The notes beneath the pieces were generated by a model. The model searched no databases. It had not been told where the DNA came from and saw only the letters and a list, made by a program, of their open reading frames with translations. A stretch of DNA of 57,240 bases. It comes from Limisphaerales bacterium (GTDB lineage Bacteria; Pseudomonadota; Gammaproteobacteria; Pseudomonadales; Azotimanducaceae). The stretch spans positions 1 to 57,240 of the forward strand of contig JBNMMV010000001.1 of the NCBI GenBank assembly GCA_051270205.1, in the 5' to 3' direction. Of this stretch, positions 49,796 to 57,240 are shown piece after piece (the stretch's first letter is position 1; every line of letters starts with the position of its first letter). The position numbers were made by a program, and so were the translations under genes.

Positions 49796-51345
49796 ATCGC
49801 CTAATCTGTACTCTTTTGTATCTCGCTTGCTTAGGTACACTTCTTCCGTGGTCGAACCATAGTCACGCCGACGATTGGGCGTATACGCTAAGACCTGGCG
49901 ACGAACTATGGTCGGTTGCTAAACAATACTGTGGTAGTGCGCGACTCGCCGGGCGCATTGCTGAATATAACAATCTCAGCGACCCAGCAAAGGTCCGCGC
50001 TGGCACACGCATTTCCATACCTACCCAATGGTTAGTGTTCGAACCCACCTCTGCAGTGCTCAAAGAAATGTCAGGGACTGTCCAGTATTTGGTTGACAGC
50101 GCGACCCTCACACAAAGCTCACCAGCAAAAATCGGCCAGTTAATCGACATGGGTGGAAGTCTGATCACCATCGAGGGTTCCGCAATGGTGGAATTCGCCG
50201 ATGGCTCAGTCATTATCCTACAACCCAATTCACGCATCCTTTTTAACAAACTAACCGCCTTCGGCCCAGCAGGAATGGTCGACACACATCTACGGTTTGC
50301 CTATGGCCAAGGCACCACAAAGGTTCAACCACAAAACCGCGGCGACCGTTTTCGCATTGAGACACCTGAAGGCGTCGCAGCAGTTCGAGGCACAGAATTC
50401 CGCGTGAGCTTCGACCCAGATAAGAAAAAAGCCACAACGGAAACCCTGACTGGGGCCGTCGCTTTTATTGCGCCTACGACATCAGTGGAGGTCCCCGCCG
50501 GGTTTGGTGTAGCGGCAAGTCAGGATGGCGTCACTAAAGAGACCTTATTGGTCGCGCCGAATGTAGAAGTTCAGGAGAGTTATAGCGCGGGTGATTTCCT
50601 AAACTGGCAAAAAGTTACCGACGCCGACACCTACGTGGTTACTTGGGCACAAACAAAGACACCCAACATTACTGCTGAACTTACCAGGCACAACGACAAT
50701 CAGGCCGAAATTCAACTGCCTCCAGGAGAGTATATTGCGCAGGTGCGCGGCGTCTCCAGTCAGGGGATTGCAGGCTACGATGCCAGTGCCCAAATTCAGA
50801 TTCTCGCAAGCCCTCCATCCCCCAGCGAAGCGCCAAAAATCTCTCCGGGGCCTGCCAACCTTGCTTGGACAGATGCCACAGAAGATACCAACTACACCGT
50901 TGAGATCACCAATCGAAACACGCTTCGAAGTGAGCAAGTGTCGACTCATCGCATGACGCTCGACTTGTCTGACGCCGGGGAATATAACTGGCGGGTCCGT
51001 ACTACCGACTCCGCTTGGTCCACCTCACAGAGCATTACGGTTTTACCTGTCGCGCCAAAAAGGCTTGCTGTTCGTCGCAAAGGTAAAACACTGACTATAG
51101 GCTGGGACAACAATGACGCCGCCGATAGTTTCCAGATTACCGTTACCAGCAAATCTGGGTTAGCGAGAGCAATCACTACCCAGGACAATCAAACAATTGT
51201 TGAAGTTGACCAATTCGGCGATCACCGGGTTGAGGTTGCGTCAGTTAGTAACAATCTGCACAGTATAGTGACTACAACAGACGTTACGGTCGCTCGGCGA
51301 CCCTGGTGGTTATTCGGATTGTTACTGGTCGCGTTGGCACTTTAA
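49792..51345 (+). CDS. Exported LysM + FecR + FN3/Ig-like protein with C-terminal hydrophobic anchor
   Basis: Signal peptide ending SHA, YTLRPGDELWSVA...NNL...G..I.IP (LysM), FADGS...L.PNS and IETP..VAAVRGTEFRV (FecR), Trp-containing beta repeats, RRPWWLFGLLLVALAL tail. Confidence 0.85.
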   Translation: MNRLICTLLYLACLGTLLPWSNHSHADDWAYTLRPGDELWSVAKQYCGSARLAGRIAEYNNLSDPAKVRAGTRISIPTQWLVFEPTSAVLKEMSGTVQYLVDSATLTQSSPAKIGQLIDMGGSLITIEGSAMVEFADGSVIILQPNSRILFNKLTAFGPAGMVDTHLRFAYGQGTTKVQPQNRGDRFRIETPEGVAAVRGTEFRVSFDPDKKKATTETLTGAVAFIAPTTSVEVPAGFGVAASQDGVTKETLLVAPNVEVQESYSAGDFLNWQKVTDADTYVVTWAQTKTPNITAELTRHNDNQAEIQLPPGEYIAQVRGVSSQGIAGYDASAQIQILASPPSPSEAPKISPGPANLAWTDATEDTNYTVEITNRNTLRSEQVSTHRMTLDLSDAGEYNWRVRTTDSAWSTSQSITVLPVAPKRLAVRRKGKTLTIGWDNNDAADSFQITVTSKSGLARAITTQDNQTIVEVDQFGDHRVEVASVSNNLHSIVTTTDVTVARRPWWLFGLLLVALAL

Positions 51346-53852
51346 GCTTCAACAAACCAAACCCACAAACTCGATTTCAGCTTGAGTCACTGGGGTTATT
51401 CATTGCTTCGTGTCTGTTTATCGGCGCTTCGCACTTCGGCGGTTGGTTTACGTCGCTAGACCGCATTATTTACGATGCCGTGATCTCGCGTTTAGAAGCA
51501 CCAAAGGCTGCTGATATAGTTGTAGTGGGTATCGACGACCGCAGCTTGCACCAATTCGGTCCTTGGCCTTGGTCACGTCAACTCCAGGCCGATCTACTTA
51601 CCGCGGTTAATCAGCAAGCACCCAAGGCGGTGGTGATGGACATCATCTATAGCGGCGAACATCCGGACAACGAACAGTTGGTGCAATCTGCGTCAGAAGT
51701 CACAACCCTTGGCCTGCCAATGATGATCGACAGCCTTGGCCAAGGTCAGCAGCATGTAGAAGTCTTGCCATTTCCTAACCTGTTGCAGATCACGGATGTG
51801 GTTGGGCACGTTCAAGTTGAACGAGATGACGATGCTATCGTGCGCGGAACATACCTCTACCAAGGTGTTGGGTCACCCCATTGGCCACACATCACGGTAG
51901 CACTGGCCGAGTATATTCACGACGTTGTCCCAGCAGCCTGCTCGAACTCGAGCTCCGGCCCAAATTTTAGTAAAACGCCATCACCACTTCATATTCAAAA
52001 GTGCGGTTACATTCGATTTCCTTTCGCCGGTCCGCCGGGCAGCTATGACCAAGTTTCCGCGGCGCACCTATTGAATGCCGGAGCAGCCCCACCAGCGGCG
52101 TTACATGGAGCTTTGAATGACAAGATAGTGCTCGTGGGCATCACCGCCATGGGTGGCAGCGATTGGGTCACTAGTCCGTTAGGCAGCGAGACCTCTCCCT
52201 TGTCAGGCGTGGAATTCAATGCCAATCTACTCAGCGCTTTACTCCTAAACACCAAAATTCTGAAGACACCTGACTGGCTCGTTGTCGTGTTGGGTATATT
52301 GTTAACTGGCTTCAGTACCCTCTTGTTACCGCGGCTTCGGCCTAAACAAGCACTGGCAACCAGTCTTATTGTTGCGGTGCTGCCAGTGGCAATTACTATG
52401 GCGCTACTACCCCTTCTCTGGGTCCACCTTCCCCTCGCCAATGTCACTATCGCCGCGCTACTCATCTATCCGTTGTGGAGTTGGCGCCGTCACGAAATCG
52501 CTTGGTCGTTCATTCAAAGCGAATTGAGTCGAATTGACGGGGAAGAGGAGAAATGGCAACTGAAACGCAGCCCCAAAGCGCAGAGCGATATTCATCGTTC
52601 TCTGCAATTATTATTGAATGCGCACATCACCATGCCTAACTCTTCGAACGATGCCGCATTGGTGCATAGAGAGCTGCCACTCACTCAAACGGAACAAGAA
52701 CTGCTAAATAACCAACTTAAAGCCCTCGATGGAAAAGAGCCTGTCGATGCGCTTCCGGCAGAACGTTTGGCTCGGCAAATCAGTCAGCTCGAATCTCGTG
52801 GCCGACATCTTCGCGAGGGCCGAGACATTGGCCTTCTGGGCTTGGATCGCATGTCGAGTGGAGCCATCATCATTACCGACCTCGGCGATGTGCGCTTTAT
52901 CAACAAAACAGCAGGGCAGATGTTGGGCTGGAAAGATGATGTCGATCTAATGAAACAGCTTCAGCAAATAACAACGCCACTGGGCCAAAACTGGCGTGAC
53001 ATTTGGCGTTCCGCCGTATTGGACAAACGCACTGTTTCGTTCGAGAGCAGACTGAACGAAAAACCCATTTTTCTCTCCGCAGCGCCCCTGGAAACTAGTC
53101 GCGACCAGGCTACTACCACCGCTTGGGCTAGCTCTTGGGTACTCACACTTTCTGACCTCAGTGACATTCGCGAAGCAGAGGCACACCGCGAAGAAGCGCT
53201 GGCATTTTTGTCTCACGACCTACGCAGTCCACTGGCTTCTATTCTAGCTTTGCTGCAACAAGTGGATGAGGACAAGCGTGATGTTCCGTTGCTAAACGAG
53301 ATTTTCAAATACACGCAAAAAGGCCTGGCGACTTCTGATCAATTTCTACAGTTGTCCCGCCTTCAATTACACCCAAGTTTTGAAACCTATAGCCTGGACC
53401 TCGAGCAGTTAATTCACAATTCCATTGAACAAGTGTTTTTCCTAGCAAAAGAGAAGTGCATCGATATTTCATTGGCTGAATCGGGGTTAGAAGATGGTGT
53501 CTGGATCGAAGGTAATGGCGAACTATTAGAGAGAGCGCTGGTGAACTTACTGGGCAATGCTATTAAGTACAGCAACGACGGTACTGCCACCACGCTTCGC
53601 TTGCGAGTCATCGCTGACACCGCAACTATTAACATCAGCGATCATGGCTATGGCATTCCCGAAGACGAGTTGCAACACATCTTTGAGCCATTTTTTCGTT
53701 CTGCAGAGCCACGTCTCGCACAAAATAGAGGTGCAGGCTTAGGTCTACGGTTCGTAAAAACGGTGGTCGAACGCCACGGCGGCGACATTTCTGCTACAAG
53801 CCAGTGGGGACAAGGTACGAATTTCCAGATTCGTATCCCGCTCTCTAGTTAG
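51306..53852 (+). CDS. CHASE2 - 3 TM - PAS-like - histidine kinase
   Basis: IVVVGIDDRSL..FGPWPWSR, DDDAIVR, KIVLVG.TA, SGVE.NAN (CHASE2); SHDLRSPL H-box, NLLGNAIKYS, DHGYGI, FEPF, GAGLGL; start uncertain. Confidence 0.93.
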   Translation: MVIRIVTGRVGTLSFNKPNPQTRFQLESLGLFIASCLFIGASHFGGWFTSLDRIIYDAVISRLEAPKAADIVVVGIDDRSLHQFGPWPWSRQLQADLLTAVNQQAPKAVVMDIIYSGEHPDNEQLVQSASEVTTLGLPMMIDSLGQGQQHVEVLPFPNLLQITDVVGHVQVERDDDAIVRGTYLYQGVGSPHWPHITVALAEYIHDVVPAACSNSSSGPNFSKTPSPLHIQKCGYIRFPFAGPPGSYDQVSAAHLLNAGAAPPAALHGALNDKIVLVGITAMGGSDWVTSPLGSETSPLSGVEFNANLLSALLLNTKILKTPDWLVVVLGILLTGFSTLLLPRLRPKQALATSLIVAVLPVAITMALLPLLWVHLPLANVTIAALLIYPLWSWRRHEIAWSFIQSELSRIDGEEEKWQLKRSPKAQSDIHRSLQLLLNAHITMPNSSNDAALVHRELPLTQTEQELLNNQLKALDGKEPVDALPAERLARQISQLESRGRHLREGRDIGLLGLDRMSSGAIIITDLGDVRFINKTAGQMLGWKDDVDLMKQLQQITTPLGQNWRDIWRSAVLDKRTVSFESRLNEKPIFLSAAPLETSRDQATTTAWASSWVLTLSDLSDIREAEAHREEALAFLSHDLRSPLASILALLQQVDEDKRDVPLLNEIFKYTQKGLATSDQFLQLSRLQLHPSFETYSLDLEQLIHNSIEQVFFLAKEKCIDISLAESGLEDGVWIEGNGELLERALVNLLGNAIKYSNDGTATTLRLRVIADTATINISDHGYGIPEDELQHIFEPFFRSAEPRLAQNRGAGLGLRFVKTVVERHGGDISATSQWGQGTNFQIRIPLSS

Positions 53853-53861
53853 TGTATTTGG

Positions 53862-54083
53862 CTAGCCGTCGATTCGCGCAACTACCTGGTCTTCTTCGAC
53901 TTGGTCTTCGGGTTTAACGAGAATTTCTGTCAGGCTGCCTGCCGCGGAGGCTTCCACGGGAATTTCCATCTTCATAGATTCAAGAATCATAATCACGTCA
54001 CCGACGGCGACTTGGGCTCCAACCTCCAACAAGATCTTCCACACATTGCCAGTAACCTCACTTTCTACATCGATCTTGGCCAA
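53862..54083 (-). CDS. Stand-alone biotin carboxyl carrier protein
   Basis: ESMKMEIPV biotinylation motif, GGAGGAG ribosome-binding site before the TTG start. Confidence 0.92.
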   Translation of the reverse strand: MAKIDVESEVTGNVWKILLEVGAQVAVGDVIMILESMKMEIPVEASAAGSLTEILVKPEDQVEEDQVVARIDG

Positions 54084-54104
54084 GCTATTTCTCCTCCAGG
54101 CTAT

Positions 54105-55433
54105 TTATTTACGATTCAATAGGCGGTCAACTATACCGGTATCTACGTTACCAGCAATGAACTCCGCATCTCCTAGAATCTTCAGCAGCAGCGGCTGATT
54201 GGTGTCCACGCCACGGATCTCAAACCCCTTCAACGCGTTAGCCAGCCGACCGATCGCAAGTTCTCTGGTATCTGCGCGCGCAATGACCTTGGCTAACATC
54301 GCATCGTAATAGGGGGTTACGAGCTGTCCTTCTTGATAGCCACTTTCAATACGTACCCCAAACATTCGAGGCGGACGATAGACGCTCAACCGTCCCGTTG
54401 ACGGCAGCAAGGTTTCCGCGTTCTCCGCATATATGCGCGCTTCAATGGCATGTCCCACGGACTCTGGCACCTGAGGAAGTGCTTCACCGGCGCTTAGCTT
54501 GATCTGGGTCTGAACCAAATCAAGACCTGTTACTTCTTCTGTCACCCCATGCTCAACTTGGAGGCGGGTGTTCATTTCAAGGAAACCAAGCTCGCCGGTA
54601 GGGGTAAGCAGGGTTTCAATGGTGCCCAGATTGTTATAGCCCAAGCGGTTGCATACCAGGGCTGCAAGCTCAGCCTGTTCGCGCATTAAAGCCGCGTCCA
54701 CACCCGGCGCCGGACTCTCTTCTATGAGCTTCTGATTTCGTCTCTGCACTGAACACTCTCGTTCATAGACATGCACCGCCTCTCCCTGCTCAGAGGCCAT
54801 TATCTGAAACTCAATATGACGAGGGTTCTCTATGCAACGCTCAAGGTAGACACCACTTGCAGCGAACGCTCGACTCGCAATTGCACGCGAGCGTCCAACT
54901 GCATTGAGCAACTCTTCTTCGTTGGCTACCCTTTCCATACCCAAGCCACCGCCGCCACCTGAGGGCTTCACTAGAACGGGATAACCAATTTCATGAGCCT
55001 GAGCGATCGCCTCCTCTGGGTCTTGGAGCAACTCAGAACCAGGGAAAATCGGAAATCCTTGCTCTGCCATGATCTGCCGGGCAGATACCTTATCTCCCAT
55101 CAAAGACAACCACTTTTCGTCAGGGCCAATAAACTGTCCCCCATGCTGAGCTACCGCGCGGGCGAATTCGGCGTTCTCAGCCAGAAACCCATAACCGGGG
55201 TGAAGCGCATCGGCACCGGTTTGTTGGAGTACTGACAGTATCTGAGTTTGGTCGAGGTATGTTGCGGCAGCAGCTGTGCCAATCAATGGGTAAGCTTCAC
55301 TGGCTTCACTTAAATAGGGTGCATCGCTGTCTGCTTCTGAGAAAACAACAACGCTCTTCAGTCCAAGCTCGTTACACGCTCGCACTACTCGGCGAGCAAC
55401 CGCGCCACGATTGGCAATCAGTACTTTATCCAT
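54105..55433 (-). CDS. Biotin carboxylase
   Basis: KVLIANRG, HPGYGFLAEN, GGGG.GM, RECSVQRRNQK, EMNTRLQVEH, YYDAMLAKVI; start ATG 55433. Confidence 0.95.
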   Translation of the reverse strand: MDKVLIANRGAVARRVVRACNELGLKSVVVFSEADSDAPYLSEASEAYPLIGTAAAATYLDQTQILSVLQQTGADALHPGYGFLAENAEFARAVAQHGGQFIGPDEKWLSLMGDKVSARQIMAEQGFPIFPGSELLQDPEEAIAQAHEIGYPVLVKPSGGGGGLGMERVANEEELLNAVGRSRAIASRAFAASGVYLERCIENPRHIEFQIMASEQGEAVHVYERECSVQRRNQKLIEESPAPGVDAALMREQAELAALVCNRLGYNNLGTIETLLTPTGELGFLEMNTRLQVEHGVTEEVTGLDLVQTQIKLSAGEALPQVPESVGHAIEARIYAENAETLLPSTGRLSVYRPPRMFGVRIESGYQEGQLVTPYYDAMLAKVIARADTRELAIGRLANALKGFEIRGVDTNQPLLLKILGDAEFIAGNVDTGIVDRLLNRK

Positions 55434-55779
55434 CGCAGTTGGCCCGCCATTGAGCATACTCAAGCCATGCCTCTTCAAAGCCTGCTAAACCACGCGCCTC
55501 AGTACCGTCAGAGGTGATATTAAGACGCTGTGCCGTTCGCACCGCCGTGACTGCAGCACGGCACTCACTGTTGGAAAGTTGAAGACGAAACATGTGTGTT
55601 TTCGTCCCACCCCTAAAATCGTCAGGAACGGGTAAAGCCGATTGATTTAAGGCGGCTCGCATTTTGCCAGCGAGCGCCTCTGCGGCAACCTGGTCAAATA
55701 TCTGCGCGCATTGCGATAGCATCCACCGAGACCAGGTATCTGGCTGGTCGCAGACAATTTTGTAGGCAGTCCAATCCAT
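55426..55779 (-). CDS. Hypothetical protein
   Basis: 117 aa ORF packed between purC (6 nt gap) and biotin carboxylase (8 nt overlap). Confidence 0.7.
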   Translation of the reverse strand: MDWTAYKIVCDQPDTWSRWMLSQCAQIFDQVAAEALAGKMRAALNQSALPVPDDFRGGTKTHMFRLQLSNSECRAAVTAVRTAQRLNITSDGTEARGLAGFEEAWLEYAQWRANCDG

Positions 55780-55785
55780 GTGTAA

Positions 55786-56706
55786 TTACAGCGACAGCGA
55801 CGAACCCGTAAGCCGTGTATAAGCTTCCAGATAACGAGCAATACTGCGTTCCACAACGTCTGACGGCAATGCCGGTCCAGGCGCCGTTTTATCCCAGGCG
55901 CCAGATTGCACGACTTCTTCCAAATAGTTTCTCACCACCTGCTTGTCGAAGCTTTGTTGTTCACGACCAGGCTCCCAGTCATCTGCCGGCCAGAACCTGG
56001 AGGAGTCAGGCGTGAATATTTCATCAATAAGAAGCGGCGTACCCTGGCCGTCGATCTGGCCAAATTCAAACTTAGTATCCGCCAGAATGATGCCTCGGTC
56101 AGCCGCATAGTCGCGCGCCGCGTTATAAAGTTTTAGGCTCGTCTCACCTAACCAAGTCATAAGCTCTTCACCTACTTCTTCGGCACCTTCAGCAAAGCTG
56201 ATGTTTTCATCATGTCCAGACTCAGCTTTTGTGGAGGGGGTAAACAGTGGCTCCGCCAGCTGATCACTGTTGCGAAGCCCCTCGGGAAGCGTTATACCGC
56301 ATACTTTGCCGCTGGCTTGATAGTCTTTCCAACCACTACCGGTAATATAACCACGGGCGATGCATTCAATGGGAACCACCTGAGTTTTCTTACACAGCAT
56401 GATTCGACCTTGAAGCGCTGTCTGTTCATCAGCTGTTAAACCCGGTACATCAGCGACTTCTGTGCTGATCAAATGGTGTGGCACGGCTTCTGCGAACATA
56501 TCGAACCAGAACTTCGAGATCTGGGTAAGCACGATGCCCTTGCCAGGTAGGCCGTTTTCTAAAACCACATCGAAAGCACTGATTCGGTCTGTGGCAATAA
56601 TTAACAACGCCTCTTCACCTGACGCTAATGTCACATCGTATAGATCGCGAACTTTGCCTGAACGTTTGTTCGCCAATCCTAGATGTGTGCTGAGTACAGC
56701 CTGCAT
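55786..56706 (-). CDS. purC: SAICAR synthetase (long, Ade1-like form)
   Basis: GKVRDLY, TDRISAFD, ECIARGYITGSG, TPSTKA, ADTKFEFG, DEIFTPDSSRFW, SFDKQ. Confidence 0.96.
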   Translation of the reverse strand: MQAVLSTHLGLANKRSGKVRDLYDVTLASGEEALLIIATDRISAFDVVLENGLPGKGIVLTQISKFWFDMFAEAVPHHLISTEVADVPGLTADEQTALQGRIMLCKKTQVVPIECIARGYITGSGWKDYQASGKVCGITLPEGLRNSDQLAEPLFTPSTKAESGHDENISFAEGAEEVGEELMTWLGETSLKLYNAARDYAADRGIILADTKFEFGQIDGQGTPLLIDEIFTPDSSRFWPADDWEPGREQQSFDKQVVRNYLEEVVQSGAWDKTAPGPALPSDVVERSIARYLEAYTRLTGSSLSL

Positions 56707-56753
56707 TTATCTTTCTACCTTATCGTTAAATAATCATACGGATTTTTCTTGCC

Positions 56754-57240
56754 TTATGCCGTAGAGCCACCGTCCACCATATAAACAGAACCTGTAACAA
56801 ACTCGCTGTCGTCACTTGCGAGAAACAACATAACCTTTGCAATGTCTTCCGGCTCACCGTAACGGCCCGCTGGAATGGACGCGACGATGGCTGCCTTCGC
56901 TTCATCGGCAGCACCGGGGCTGAGGCCTTCCTCAAGACTACGCATCATGCGGGTCTCTACCGGCGACGGATTAACTGTATTGACTCGAATTTTGTCCGCA
57001 GCACCTTCTTTCGCCGCGGAACGCATCATTCCAATGACCGCGTGCTTACTCGTAACGTAAGGGGCGATACCCGGTGAGCCCCCTACTCCAGCGACGCTTG
57101 AGGTAATGACAATGCTGCCGCCACCTCTTTTCTCCATCGCTGGCATCGTCGCCTGCAGGCCAAGAAACGGGCCCTTCACATTAACCGCCATGACCTGATC
57201 GAACCGTGCCTCGTCGTATTCTACTATCGGTTTCACATCA
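56754..57240 (-). CDS. SDR oxidoreductase, 3' part (runs off the window edge)
   Basis: SSVAG, YVTSK (YxxxK), IRVNTVNP, FVTGS...VDGG. Confidence 0.9.
   Translation of the reverse strand, partial: DVKPIVEYDEARFDQVMAVNVKGPFLGLQATMPAMEKRGGGSIVITSSVAGVGGSPGIAPYVTSKHAVIGMMRSAAKEGAADKIRVNTVNPSPVETRMMRSLEEGLSPGAADEAKAAIVASIPAGRYGEPEDIAKVMLFLASDDSEFVTGSVYMVDGGSTA

Overview
57 kb of chromosomal, mostly core DNA from a gammaproteobacterium (about 50% GC; gene order and protein styles are Pseudomonadales-like, and a marine lineage is only my inference). The left part is the conserved fmdB-aspS-yebC-ruvCAB-tolQRAB-pal-cpoB-queE-queC-tRNA-Lys cluster, here without ybgC, followed by a histone-H1-like/HU fusion, proS and an arsC-wrbA cluster. 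The middle and right parts hold acyl-CoA metabolism genes, dinB, miaE, argC, rhlB, hisC, metR and purC, plus an OmpR-type regulator / LysM-FecR-FN3 protein / CHASE2-PAS histidine kinase module sitting inside a minus-strand acyl-CoA carboxylase gene run. I see no integrase, transposase, prophage or CRISPR array. The most unexplained structure is a 600 bp non-coding region (18818-19423) containing two ~260 bp palindromic elements with co-varying 29-31 bp stems and a shared 73 bp core in opposite orientations. Also notable: a stand-alone tandem AP2-like DNA-binding protein, short tandem repeats built on stop codons, probable ATC and CTG start codons, MetR-like boxes facing an HD hydrolase, and two gene remnants. 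All calls are from reading the sequence by eye; no searches were run.
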